The notes under the pieces: generated by a model | What the model was told of the DNA's origin: nothing | The model's input: only the letters and a program-made list of their open reading frames with translations | Database searches by the model: none | Shown here: piece after piece, positions 49,570-58,907 of the stretch | Layout of the letters: each line of letters begins with the position of its first letter | Numbering within the stretch: the first letter of the stretch is position 1 | Made by a program: the position numbers and the translations under genes | Assembly: GCA_040389385.1 (NCBI GenBank) | Contig: JAZKAA010000003.1 | Coordinates: 39,295 to 103,294, forward strand | Length of the DNA: 64,000 nucleotides | From: Patescibacteria group bacterium | Lineage (GTDB): Bacteria > Patescibacteriota > Minisyncoccia > Phycocordibacterales > SBAW01 | Direction of reading: 5' to 3'

Positions 49570-49785
49570 CTAGCCACTAGGCGGGGTTTTAAGGCCTTCG
49601 GACACAAGTCGAGAAATCGCTGCCTTTGCAATAGCGCGGCGTTGTTTGGGACCGATGCCAAAACCGATGCACTTGTGTGCTGCCGTGCGCAAAATTTTTA
49701 TCGGATCAGGGTCGCGTTGAGTTCGAAAATCAGCGCGGGCATTTCTCAAGGCGATGTCGATAAAATCGGGATTGAATTCGACCAT
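49570..49785 (-). CDS. Small hypothetical protein (accessory cassette)
   Basis: GGAG SD; hairpin plus T-run at the stop, convergent on ftsZ. Confidence 0.5.
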   Translation of the reverse strand: MVEFNPDFIDIALRNARADFRTQRDPDPIKILRTAAHKCIGFGIGPKQRRAIAKAAISRLVSEGLKTPPSG

Positions 49786-49847
49786 CTCTTTTCTCTCCAA
49801 TTGCTCCCACTCGCCAATAAATCACGGGTGGGGTAAAATAGCAATCC

Positions 49848-50783
49848 ATGTACGACTTGGCGATTATCGGGGGCGGCCCCGCGGGGGTGGCTGCCGGTGT
49901 GTATGCCGCGCGCAAGCGGCTCAAGACGGTCTTTATCGCCGAGCTTATCGGCGGACAATCAACAGACAGCCAGGACATTCAAAACTGGATAGGCACGCCG
50001 CATATCGCCGGTATGGACCTGGCCAAGGCGCTCGAGGTGCACCTGCGCGAGTATGCTACCGACGTTGTCGAGATCAAGCTCGGCGGCCGCGCTATCAAAG
50101 TTACAAAAAACGGAGAGATGTTTGTAATAGAAACAAGCGGCAGCACCACATATGAGGCGCGCGCAGTTTTGATAGCCACCGGCGGCTCGCGCAAAAAGCT
50201 GTTGGTCCCGGGCGCCGCCGAATACGAAAATAAGGGCGTCACCTACTGCGCCAGCTGCGACGGCCCGCTCTTTGGCGGACAAGACGTCGCCGTGGTGGGC
50301 GGCGGCAACGCGGGGTTTGAGACAGCGGCGCAGCTCTTGGCTTACTGCAAGTCGGTTACGCTTATACACCGACACAAGGACTTTGCCCGCGCCGACAAAT
50401 CAACCGTCGACGCCGTGCTCGCCCACCCCAACATGCGCGTTATCTACAATGCCGAGCCTGCGAGGGTTTTGGGCAAGCAGTTTGTCTCATCTATTGTTAC
50501 AAAAGATGTCGAGACAGGTGCGCTGACCGAGACACCCGTCGCGGCTGTGTTTGTCGAGATTGGTATGGTATCTAACACGGGGCTTGTCGCCGGCTTGGTA
50601 GACATGGATGAGTGGGGCCGGGTTAAGGTAGACGGCAAAAGCCAACGGGCGAGCGTAGCGGGTATCTGGGCCGCGGGCGATTGCTCCGACGGTCTGTATC
50701 ACCAAAACAATATTGCCGCGGGCGACGCGGTCAAAGCGCTCGAAGACATCTACTTTTACCTCCGCGCTGCTAAGGGCGTCTAA
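49848..50783 (+). CDS. trxB: Thioredoxin reductase family oxidoreductase
   Basis: IGGGPAG, CASCDG, VGGGNAG, WAAGD. Confidence 0.9.
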   Translation: MYDLAIIGGGPAGVAAGVYAARKRLKTVFIAELIGGQSTDSQDIQNWIGTPHIAGMDLAKALEVHLREYATDVVEIKLGGRAIKVTKNGEMFVIETSGSTTYEARAVLIATGGSRKKLLVPGAAEYENKGVTYCASCDGPLFGGQDVAVVGGGNAGFETAAQLLAYCKSVTLIHRHKDFARADKSTVDAVLAHPNMRVIYNAEPARVLGKQFVSSIVTKDVETGALTETPVAAVFVEIGMVSNTGLVAGLVDMDEWGRVKVDGKSQRASVAGIWAAGDCSDGLYHQNNIAAGDAVKALEDIYFYLRAAKGV

Positions 50784-51157
50784 GGCCGCTGTATTTCGTG
50801 CAGCTCCTGCTCAATATGCTTGAGCTCAGTTAAAATTTCTTTAGTCTCCAACTGCTCGGTCTCAACCTCCTTCTCTGTCTTTTCGGCCAGCTTTTTTTCG
50901 CGCCGCAGGCCCGACATTATGATACTGTCTCCGATAAAAAACGACACCAAAAGCCCACTCAGGAGCAGTATCGCCACCCCAAGTACAAACGAGCCGGGCC
51001 CGTACAAAAACGGAAAGAGCCCCGCGGTTTCCTCTACCCCTTTCCAAATCAGGATAACGCCAACTGCGCCGATGAGCGCGTAGGCAATTGGGCTGCGGCT
51101 AAGGCCCGCGCGTACCCAGTCCTCGAGCTTGTCAAAAAATACCAGTATTTTCCTCAC
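50780..51157 (-). CDS. Membrane hypothetical protein
   Basis: Two TM segments plus a coiled tail. Confidence 0.75.
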   Translation of the reverse strand: MRKILVFFDKLEDWVRAGLSRSPIAYALIGAVGVILIWKGVEETAGLFPFLYGPGSFVLGVAILLLSGLLVSFFIGDSIIMSGLRREKKLAEKTEKEVETEQLETKEILTELKHIEQELHEIQRP

Positions 51158-51173
51158 CGCTATATTGTACCAG

Positions 51174-51320
51174 TTAGGTGCCCGGCTGCTCGGGATACGC
51201 CGAGGGTTCCTGTTGGGGGCCAGGTGCAGGCGTGGGCGACACCTTGAGGCTTATATAAAGAGCGACCGCCGCAAGCGCTATAAATACCACGATGCTAAGT
51301 GCTGCGGTGCGCGGAGTCAT
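51174..51320 (-). CDS. Small membrane peptide (48 aa)
   Basis: Manual translation MTPRTAALSIVVFIALAAVALYISLK...; TATACT 7 nt upstream. Confidence 0.5.
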   Translation of the reverse strand: MTPRTAALSIVVFIALAAVALYISLKVSPTPAPGPQQEPSAYPEQPGT

Positions 51321-51339
51321 GAGTGTTAGTATATCAAAG

Positions 51340-51720
51340 ATGGACAACCCGATTAATTATGCGGAAAAAGAGTTGCTGATTGAGACCGCGCCTGAGCGCA
51401 AATTTTTAAAAACTCCCGTTGGAATATTTTTACTTGGAGCTACTTTGGGCGAGCTGGCGCCCGACCCTACCGATGCCATCCACTTTTGGCTGCAGACGCA
51501 CGTGTTTAATAACCCCGCTTACTCTAAAACATTTATCGCGGTGCTGCAGGTGTTTGACTGGTACTTTATGAGCGCGCTGTACTTCTTTTTGCTATTGGTG
51601 CTGGCATACGTGCTGCACATAAAAAAAGTAGGCACCGTAAAAAAGATATCGCTCATCGGCGGCCTCCTCGGCATCGGCGCCGTGGTCGGCCTCTTGGCGC
51701 AGTTTTTCTTTAGCTCGTAG
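51340..51720 (+). CDS. Membrane hypothetical protein
   Basis: Hydrophobic ORF with PDPTDAIHF. Confidence 0.65.
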   Translation: MDNPINYAEKELLIETAPERKFLKTPVGIFLLGATLGELAPDPTDAIHFWLQTHVFNNPAYSKTFIAVLQVFDWYFMSALYFFLLLVLAYVLHIKKVGTVKKISLIGGLLGIGAVVGLLAQFFFSS

Positions 51721-51727
51721 TTTTAAA

Positions 51728-52090
51728 TTATCTATAATTAGGGTCTTTGCAATTGTTGTAAGTTGCTTTTCCATTCTCCGCAAGATAGTTGTCATTTTGA
51801 CCGCCTTCTACAAATTGGATGGTCGTATCTTTACTGGAGTATGAGGCACCCATCGCAAGATGGTCGTTTTGTAACTCAAGATGCCTGCCGTCTGAAAGGG
51901 TCATTGAGACGCTGTCCGAAGAATTGTAGTAGGCAGGATTAGGTGGACTGTATACTGCTTCAATTGTCTTATTCCCGTCACACATAAAAACAATAGAATC
52001 CTTATCCGAGGACGGGGGTTTAAGAAAATAATAACCAACACCCGCTCCTATAATTATTAGGATTCCAATCCCTATCAAATATTTCTTCAT
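51728..52090 (-). CDS. MliC-like lysozyme inhibitor domain protein
   Basis: TM anchor, FMCDGNKTIEAVY, LSDGR, GASY, terminal Cys. Confidence 0.65.
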   Translation of the reverse strand: MKKYLIGIGILIIIGAGVGYYFLKPPSSDKDSIVFMCDGNKTIEAVYSPPNPAYYNSSDSVSMTLSDGRHLELQNDHLAMGASYSSKDTTIQFVEGGQNDNYLAENGKATYNNCKDPNYR

Positions 52091-52276
52091 ACCAAAAGTA
52101 TATACCCGGATTTACGTGGCCCACAACTCAAATTTTGTTTCGCGTGGTCACAAGTTCGTTCGCGCCGTCGCGCAAACGCCTCGCGACCCCGGCTCGTGGT
52201 TTTGCAAGTGCAAAACATCACTGCGCCCGTCACAAAAGCACAAAACCTGCCGCAGGGCAGGTGTTTGTGTCTTTTG

Positions 52277-52348
52277 TGACCCCGGAGGGAATCGAACCCT
52301 CGTTCTGAGCTTGAAAAGCTCATGTCCTAACCGTTAGACGACGGGGCC
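52277..52348 (-). tRNA. tRNA-Glu(TTC)
   Basis: Cloverleaf, TT-TTC-AA loop. Confidence 0.93.
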
Positions 52349-52361
52349 GTAAGCGCACGGG

Positions 52362-52448
52362 CGGAGGAGGTGAGATTTGAACTCACGGTAGGGTTTCCCC
52401 CACGCCACATTTCGAGTGTGGTGCCTTAAACCACTCAGCCACTCCTCC
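52362..52448 (-). tRNA. tRNA-Ser(CGA)
   Basis: Cloverleaf, CT-CGA-AA loop, long variable arm. Confidence 0.93.
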
Positions 52449-52521
52449 TTAACAAACAACAGCAAAATACCACTTTTTTACTCTTTTGACAAAGAAAAAA
52501 CCACCGCGCGGTGCGGTGGCG

Positions 52522-53274
52522 TTAGTCGCCTAAGTGTTTGTTGCGGAGCGTCACGCTCGACTTGCCAGACGCGATCTCGATAAACTTGATCGCTAAGCCG
52601 ACGCGATTGTCGACATTTAGCGCCGACCACAGCGTGTCGGCGACCTCCTCCATCCCGCCTTTCAACGGCAGCGAGTAGGGCTTGCCGCGATAGCTTGGTA
52701 GCTCGCCCTTGCTGTCGCCCTCATACGTCTGCAAGCACCAGGTAATGCCGGGCGGCATTTGTGCTCTCGCATAGTAGTAGTCGTAGTGCTCGTGGAGTGC
52801 GTGTTCTTTGGCATCCTCCGCATTTTGCAGTTTGCAGATGCGCGAGAGAGTGAGCCGTAAGGGATCAATCTGAATCACCGCCGTGATCCGTGGTGTGTAG
52901 TTTGGAGCATCGGGTTCGTAGGTCCGGGTCTGCAAAGCCTCAGTCGAGAGCTTGCCCTGTTTGAGAAACTCGACAACCGTGTCTGTCTGGTCACCGTTGC
53001 TCGCTACCCAGTGAGGACCCCACTCGTTCATCGCGTTGTAGACGGTGAGCACGGTGTTAGCCTTGGGATCGGGTTCAAACAGGTCAGTGTAGACCCGGCA
53101 ACCGTCCTGCCTGTAGACACGGTTGCGGCTGTTGTGGCTACGCCCCATGATGGCCGACCCAAGCATGAAGTACTTGCCACTTTCGTCGAGCCTGCCCGCC
53201 ACAATACGGCCGGGGTAGGAGTTAGCCTTGAGCGCCTCCAGGTTGCAAGGGGCACTAGCAACAAATTCATGCAT
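52522..53274 (-). CDS. IMP cyclohydrolase-like protein (PurO-type fold)
   Basis: YPGRI, IMGRSHNSRNR, SNGDQTD, YEPDAPNYTPRI. Confidence 0.82.
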   Translation of the reverse strand: MHEFVASAPCNLEALKANSYPGRIVAGRLDESGKYFMLGSAIMGRSHNSRNRVYRQDGCRVYTDLFEPDPKANTVLTVYNAMNEWGPHWVASNGDQTDTVVEFLKQGKLSTEALQTRTYEPDAPNYTPRITAVIQIDPLRLTLSRICKLQNAEDAKEHALHEHYDYYYARAQMPPGITWCLQTYEGDSKGELPSYRGKPYSLPLKGGMEEVADTLWSALNVDNRVGLAIKFIEIASGKSSVTLRNKHLGD

Positions 53275-53362
53275 GCTCGTTCTCCGGGTTGCCGTTCCGC
53301 CCCTACCCTACCAAAAGTGTGTGCTCATAACAAATTAAGAAAAATGCGTATACTGGGTGGAT

Positions 53363-53785
53363 ATGAACAGAGTTGTACATTTCGAAATCCATGCAGACGA
53401 CATGGCACGCGCGCAAAAGTTTTATCATGATGTGTTTGGGTGGGAGATGATAGGTATGGGCGGCGAGTACGGCGACTACGTCGTACTTAAAAGCGGGCCG
53501 GGGCCGGACGAGCTCGGCGGCAAGCCAATCGCCATGAAAGACATCGGCATCAACGGCGGGATGATGAAGGCAAACGCCCCGCGTCCGCCCAAAGGGGTCG
53601 GGCCCAACGCATACGTGTGCATTATCGGCGTGGACGATGTCGACCAAATGATGAAAAAAGTTATTGAGGCGGGCGGCGGTGAGCATATGGCGGCGATGGA
53701 TGTACCAAACGTGGGCCGCCTGGCTTACTGCGGTGACACCGAGGGCAACACCTTTGGCATCATCCAACCAAAAATGCCCGCCTAG
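53363..53785 (+). CDS. VOC/glyoxalase family protein
   Basis: VVHFEI, FYHDVFGW, DTEGNTFG. Confidence 0.9.
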   Translation: MNRVVHFEIHADDMARAQKFYHDVFGWEMIGMGGEYGDYVVLKSGPGPDELGGKPIAMKDIGINGGMMKANAPRPPKGVGPNAYVCIIGVDDVDQMMKKVIEAGGGEHMAAMDVPNVGRLAYCGDTEGNTFGIIQPKMPA

Positions 53786-53800
53786 ACTCGCTAGGCGAGG
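53777..53800. repeat. Partial copy of the gyrA-inserted hairpin, supplying the VOC stop codon
   Basis: CCCGCCTAGACTCGCTAGGCGAG versus CCCGCCTCGACTCGCAAAGGCGAG. Confidence 0.6.
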
Positions 53801-53854
53801 CTGGTAGCCTGTGACAAAAGCTGGGCGTTTTGTTATTGTAACTGCGCTAGCAAT

Positions 53855-53927
53855 GCGCGGTTAGCTCAGTTGGTAGAGCGTTTCTTTGACGTAGAAAAGG
53901 CCATAGGTTCGAATCCTATACCGCGCA
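53855..53927 (+). tRNA. tRNA-Val(GAC)
   Basis: Cloverleaf, TT-GAC-GT loop. Confidence 0.93.
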
Positions 53928-53930
53928 CAC

Positions 53931-54971
53931 ATGAGAATTTTAGCGTTTGAGACCTCGTGCGACGAAACGGGCATTGCCCTTGTATCCGGCGAAAAGTCCG
54001 GAGACGGTTTTGTGTTTAAAACAGAACATGCCGCTCTTTTGAGCCAGGCTGCGCTCCACGCCGAGTACGGCGGCGTGTACCCCAACTTGGCCAAGCGCGA
54101 GCACGAAAAGAATTTGCCCATTTTGTACCGCGAGTTTGCGGATATGCCATGCGACGCTGTGGCCGTAACGGTGGGCCCGGGGCTCGAGCCCGCGCTGTGG
54201 CAGGGTGTGGGGTTTGCCAAGCGCGTAGCCGCGGAGCGCGGCGTGCCCCTACTCCCCATCAACCACATGGAGGCACACCTGATATCATCTTTGGCTCAAT
54301 CAAACGTTTTGCAAAACGTTAGAATGTCAGTACTTGCTCTACTTATATCCGGAGGGCATACGGAGTTTGTGCATATGCCGGAGTGGTTTAGCTACAAAAT
54401 AATCGGCCAGACTCTCGACGATGCCGCGGGCGAGTGTTTTGATAAGGTAGCTCGAATGTTGGGGTTGAAATACCCTGGTGGACCCGAGATTTCAAGAATA
54501 GCCAAAACAGCGAAATCAAAATCAACTATCGCACTCCCCCGCCCGATGCTCAGCTCCGGCACATGCGACGTATCTTTTTCTGGTTTAAAAACCGCCGCGC
54601 TGTACGCCTTGCGCGACCGCGGCGGCATACAAACACTCTCGGCCGACGAGATAGCCGCCTTTGCGGCGGAGTTTGAGGAGGCGGTGGGCGACGTCTTTGT
54701 GCACAAAACCCGCGCGGCGCTCGAGCAAACAGGCGCACAGACATTTGTTATAGGAGGGGGTGTGGCAGCCAACACTTACCTGCGCGAGCGGCTACAAAAA
54801 TTGGTGAGCGAAGAATTTTCTGATGTAGAGTTCCGCCTCCCCGACCCGGCAATAACAGGCGACAACGCCGTAATGATTGCCCAGTGTGCCCTCGCCCGCG
54901 CCCTCTCGGGCAAAAACGACATCTCTCCCATCGACCTAAAAGCCGTTGGAAATCTTTCTATAGCAAGCTAG
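53931..54971 (+). CDS. tsaD: tRNA N6-threonylcarbamoyltransferase TsaD
   Basis: ETSCDET, HMEAH, SGGHT, DDAAGECFDK, DNAVMI. Confidence 0.96.
   Translation: MRILAFETSCDETGIALVSGEKSGDGFVFKTEHAALLSQAALHAEYGGVYPNLAKREHEKNLPILYREFADMPCDAVAVTVGPGLEPALWQGVGFAKRVAAERGVPLLPINHMEAHLISSLAQSNVLQNVRMSVLALLISGGHTEFVHMPEWFSYKIIGQTLDDAAGECFDKVARMLGLKYPGGPEISRIAKTAKSKSTIALPRPMLSSGTCDVSFSGLKTAALYALRDRGGIQTLSADEIAAFAAEFEEAVGDVFVHKTRAALEQTGAQTFVIGGGVAANTYLRERLQKLVSEEFSDVEFRLPDPAITGDNAVMIAQCALARALSGKNDISPIDLKAVGNLSIAS
54298..54325. repeat. 28-bp TTTTGCAAAA-centred palindrome inside tsaD
   Basis: AATCAAACGTTTTGCAAAACGTTAGAAT, encoding SNVLQNVRM. Confidence 0.75.
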
Positions 54972-54983
54972 AATGGGGCCTAC

Positions 54984-57053
54984 ATGCCCGAGATACCAGA
55001 GAAGTTTCTAAAACCCTACGACCCCAAGGCCGTTGAGGGGCCTATATACAAAAAGTGGGAGGAGTCGGGGTATTTTAATCCTGATAAATTACCGGGCAAT
55101 AGGACGGAGCCCTATACCATCATCATGCCGCCGCCCAATGCCAATGGGTCGCTCCATGTCGGTCACGCGCTGTTTGTCACCATCCAAGACTTGCTCATAC
55201 GCTACAAGCGCATGCGCGGGTACAAAACATTGTGGCTCCCCGGCGCCGACCACGCCGGCTTTGAGACCCAACTGGTGTACGAAAAAAAGCTGGAGAAGGA
55301 GGACCGCTCGCGCTTTAAGATGCACGCGCAGGAGTTTTATAATGGCGCACTCGAGTTTACGATGGCCAACAAAACATTTATGGAGGGCCAGCTGCGCCAA
55401 CTGGGTGCATCATGCGACTGGAGCCGGGAGAAGTTTACCCTCGACCCTGCAATCGTCTCGATTGTATACGCAACGTTTAAACAACTGTTTGACGACGGTT
55501 TGGTGTACCGCGGCGTGCGGCCGGTCAACTGGAGCACCAAGTACCAAACATCGCTCTCCGACCTCGAAACAAAGTCGATCGAGCGCAAAGACCCGCTGTA
55601 CTACATGAAGTACGGTCCCTTTGTCGTAGCGACGGTGCGCCCCGAGACCAAGTTTGGCGACACGGCCGTAGCTGTTAACCCCAACGATGCCCGCTACAAG
55701 GAGTGGGTGGGCAAAGAAATTGAGTTCGAGGGCCTAATCGGCCCCGTCAAGCTTACGGTGGTGGCCGACGACTACGTCGACATGGAGTTTGGTACCGGTG
55801 TGGTCAAGATTACGCCTGCTCACGACCCAAACGACTTTGAGGTAGCAGAGCGACACGAGTTGCCCATGGTCGAAGTCATAGACAAGTTTGGCAAGCTCAA
55901 CGAAAAGTGCGGCAAGTATGCGGGGCTTAAGGTTATGGACGCGCGTAAAGCGGTGGTCGCAGACCTGATAGAAAAAGGCATGATGGAAAAGGTCGACGAG
56001 GAGTACACCCACAACGTGCTGGTCAACTACAAAAACGAAAACGATGTCTTGGAGCCGCGCGTCATGCCGCAGTGGTTTATGAAGATGGAGCCCATGGTCA
56101 AGTTGGTGCGCAATGCTGTCGACTCCGGCGCAATAAAAATCTATCCCGACTTTCAAAAAAAGGTGCTCGACCACTGGCTCGACAACCTGCACGACTGGAA
56201 CATCAGCCGCCAGATTGTCTGGGGCATCCCTATCCCCGCATGGTTTAAGGGCGAGGAGATTTTTGTCGGCGAAAGCGCGCCCGGCGAGGGCTGGGAGCGC
56301 GACCCGGACACCTTTGACACCTGGTTTAGCTCCGGACAGTGGCCGTTTGCTACGCTTGGCTACCCCGACTCCTCCGACTTTAAAACCTACTACCCTACGA
56401 GCGTGATGGAGACGGGGTACGACATACTCTTTTTTTGGGTGATGCGGATGATTATGTTTGGGCTGTATCGCACGGGCCAAGTCCCCTTCCGCGATGTGTA
56501 CCTGCACGGGCTGGTGCGCGATGCCGCGCGGCAAAAAATGAGTAAGAGCAAGGGCAACGTCATCAATCCACTTGACGTCGCCAAGCAATATGGCACCGAC
56601 GCACTGCGCATGGCGCTATTGGTCGGTAACACCCCCGGCCAAGACATGGCGCTCGCCGAGCCAAAAATAAAGGCGTACAAAAACTTTGCCAACAAGGTGT
56701 GGAACATCGCGCGGTTTGTGCTCGCGCAACCGCCGGCCGGTGAGCTTATGGGCGACTTGGTGCAGGAGTTTGATACGATGGCAGCCGATATTACCAAAGA
56801 CATGGACGAGTATCGCATCTACATGGCGGCGGACAAACTCTATCACTACATCTGGGACCGCTTTGCCGCCGAGATTATCGAACAAAGTAAAGGCAAGCCC
56901 GAGTATAGCGCAACTCTCTATTACATTTTGGAGAACTCACTCAAACTGCTGCATCCTATAATGCCGTTTGTTACAGAAGAAATCTGGCAAAGCCTACCCG
57001 GCAAAACTGGGCTTATAATGGTTGAGTCATGGCCGGAGGCCCACTCTTCTTAA
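54984..57053 (+). CDS. valS: Valyl-tRNA synthetase (no C-terminal coiled coil)
   Basis: PPPN..HVGH, DTWFSS, KMSKS. Confidence 0.96.
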   Translation: MPEIPEKFLKPYDPKAVEGPIYKKWEESGYFNPDKLPGNRTEPYTIIMPPPNANGSLHVGHALFVTIQDLLIRYKRMRGYKTLWLPGADHAGFETQLVYEKKLEKEDRSRFKMHAQEFYNGALEFTMANKTFMEGQLRQLGASCDWSREKFTLDPAIVSIVYATFKQLFDDGLVYRGVRPVNWSTKYQTSLSDLETKSIERKDPLYYMKYGPFVVATVRPETKFGDTAVAVNPNDARYKEWVGKEIEFEGLIGPVKLTVVADDYVDMEFGTGVVKITPAHDPNDFEVAERHELPMVEVIDKFGKLNEKCGKYAGLKVMDARKAVVADLIEKGMMEKVDEEYTHNVLVNYKNENDVLEPRVMPQWFMKMEPMVKLVRNAVDSGAIKIYPDFQKKVLDHWLDNLHDWNISRQIVWGIPIPAWFKGEEIFVGESAPGEGWERDPDTFDTWFSSGQWPFATLGYPDSSDFKTYYPTSVMETGYDILFFWVMRMIMFGLYRTGQVPFRDVYLHGLVRDAARQKMSKSKGNVINPLDVAKQYGTDALRMALLVGNTPGQDMALAEPKIKAYKNFANKVWNIARFVLAQPPAGELMGDLVQEFDTMAADITKDMDEYRIYMAADKLYHYIWDRFAAEIIEQSKGKPEYSATLYYILENSLKLLHPIMPFVTEEIWQSLPGKTGLIMVESWPEAHSS

Positions 57054-57715
57054 GTATCCTTGGTGGCGTACTGCCCGCGCTGGTGTGGTTGGCCTTTTGG
57101 CTCTTAGAGGATAGGTGCCAGCCCGAGCCCAAGCGGTTTATCTTTTTGTGCTTTGTCGCCGGCATGCTCGCCGTGTGGCCCGCGCTGCTTTTAGAAAAGG
57201 CTCTGGTCCCCTACGCATCGGGCACTACACTCCTACTTGGCTGGGCCAGTATCGAGGAGCTGCTTAAATTTGGTGCGGCAATGATAATGGCACTTATGTG
57301 GGCCAGCTATGACGAACCCTTAGACGCAGTGGTGTACATGGTTACGGCGGCGCTCGGCTTTAGTGCGATGGAGAACGTGCTCTTTTTGCTCACACCTATA
57401 GGCCACGGCGACCTCCTGCGCAGCGTCGTTACGGGCGACCTGCGGTTTATTGGCGCGACCCTACTGCATACGCTTACATCTGCGACTATCGGTATTATGC
57501 TGGCGCTGTCTTTTGTGCGGCCGGCGGTGGAGCGGCGTGTGGCCGCATTGGGCGGACTTATCCTCGCTATTTTCTTGCACACGGTGTTTAACTTTTTTAT
57601 ACTTAAGGGGGGTGGAAGTTCGACCTTTTGGGTCTTCCTCCTGATTTGGTGCGGTATAATAGGAGTGCTGCTGATTACCGAGCACCTCAAGCAGCCGACA
57701 AAGGACTACTGTTAA
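57029..57715 (+). CDS. PrsW-family intramembrane protease
   Basis: EELLK, LGFSAMEN, LHT..N. Confidence 0.88.
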   Translation: MAGGPLFLSILGGVLPALVWLAFWLLEDRCQPEPKRFIFLCFVAGMLAVWPALLLEKALVPYASGTTLLLGWASIEELLKFGAAMIMALMWASYDEPLDAVVYMVTAALGFSAMENVLFLLTPIGHGDLLRSVVTGDLRFIGATLLHTLTSATIGIMLALSFVRPAVERRVAALGGLILAIFLHTVFNFFILKGGGSSTFWVFLLIWCGIIGVLLITEHLKQPTKDYC

Positions 57716-57748
57716 CCATGAAAAGTCTGCTTTTCACAAATTAATAAG

Positions 57749-58261
57749 ATGGCACGTAAAAAAAGCTTATTTGAGTGGCTGACCGGCTCCGCCGAGGATG
57801 ACTACTCTTTTGACGACCTCGAGCAAGGCGGAGCCGCTTTCCCTGTGCGCAGCCCTGCAGGTAAAACCAAACATGTGCCCATTTCTATAGAAGACGATCC
57901 GACCAAACCTGCCTTGACAGAGGAGGAAGAGGCCGGCGAGCTCGCGGTAGACGTCTACCAGACCCCCACCCACATCATCATCAAGGCGATGATAGCGGGC
58001 GTTAAGCCCGAGGACTTGGACGTATCTATCACCCGCGACATGGTTACTGTCCGCGGCAAGCGCGAGCGCCACACAGAGTCATCGGGCGGCGACTTTTTCT
58101 TCCAGGAGCTGTACTGGGGCGCGTTTACCCGCACAGTTGTCTTGCCTCAAGAGGTTGAGATAGAAGAGGCCGAGGCCAGCGAAAAGCACGGGCTCCTTAC
58201 TATCCGTCTCCCCAAGCTCGACAAAGGCCGCCAGGCAAAATTGAAAGTTAAGTCTAACTAG
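57749..58261 (+). CDS. Hsp20/alpha-crystallin family protein
   Basis: VDVYQT, ELYWGAFTR, GLLTIRLPK. Confidence 0.92.
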   Translation: MARKKSLFEWLTGSAEDDYSFDDLEQGGAAFPVRSPAGKTKHVPISIEDDPTKPALTEEEEAGELAVDVYQTPTHIIIKAMIAGVKPEDLDVSITRDMVTVRGKRERHTESSGGDFFFQELYWGAFTRTVVLPQEVEIEEAEASEKHGLLTIRLPKLDKGRQAKLKVKSN

Positions 58262-58278
58262 GCTACAATCGTGCGTAC

Positions 58279-58351
58279 GCTTGGGTAGCTCAGTTGGTAG
58301 AGCGCTTCCCTGAAGAGGAAGATGTCGCCGGTTCGAGCCCGGCCCCAAGCA
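58279..58351 (+). tRNA. tRNA-Phe(GAA)
   Basis: Cloverleaf, CT-GAA-GA loop. Confidence 0.93.
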
Positions 58352-58360
58352 CATAGGTAA

Positions 58361-58639
58361 TTACTGCGTTTGATGCCCAAACTGAGCAAAAAAGTTTTGC
58401 ACCTGCAGCTGGAAGTCGTGCGCGTTGCTGTATGCATGCAAAAACTGGTCGACATACGGCTGTATATAGTAGTAGTACGCCGCGCCCGATGCGCCAAGCA
58501 CCAGTAACCACCACGCAATCCTAAACAGCATGTGCCAGCGCTGGCTGCGGCGCATGCCGCGTATCATGTGGTTGGTTTCCTCTATCACCTTGCCCTGCCG
58601 CGCCACGAGCGCCTTCAACTCATCTATCTCCGGATCCAT
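58361..58639 (-). CDS. Small membrane hypothetical protein
   Basis: Coiled N-terminus plus TM, YYYIQPY. Confidence 0.7.
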   Translation of the reverse strand: MDPEIDELKALVARQGKVIEETNHMIRGMRRSQRWHMLFRIAWWLLVLGASGAAYYYYIQPYVDQFLHAYSNAHDFQLQVQNFFAQFGHQTQ

Positions 58640-58664
58640 ATCGCTATAGTATACAAGCTATTTT

Positions 58665-58775
58665 TGGTGTCTCCGGCCGGAATCGAACCGACATCCTCTC
58701 CTTAGGACGGAGTAGCTCTATGCAAGCCGACGCCTTGGTCGGCTCCCCGACCGCCTTGCGCGTCGGGGTTGAGCA
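58665..58775 (-). pseudogene. Disrupted tRNA-Arg(CCT) copy with a hairpin repeat in the D-loop
   Basis: Anticodon arm, T-arm, 3' acceptor strand and CCA intact; D-stem GCTC/GAGC encloses an insert of about 42 nt; 5' acceptor strand missing. Confidence 0.75.
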
Positions 58776-58781
58776 CTACAC

Positions 58782-58856
58782 TGGTGTCCCCGGCAGGAAT
58801 TGCACCCACATCTACTCCTTAGGACGGAGCTGTTCTATCTATTGAACTACGGGGAC
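58782..58856 (-). tRNA. tRNA-Arg(CCT)
   Basis: Cloverleaf, GT-CCT-AA loop, encoded CCA; T-loop TGCAATT. Confidence 0.88.
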
Positions 58857-58907
58857 GTTACGAACAAACCGGCCTTGCGGCCGGGGTTTCTTTCTATGTG
58901 CAAAGAA

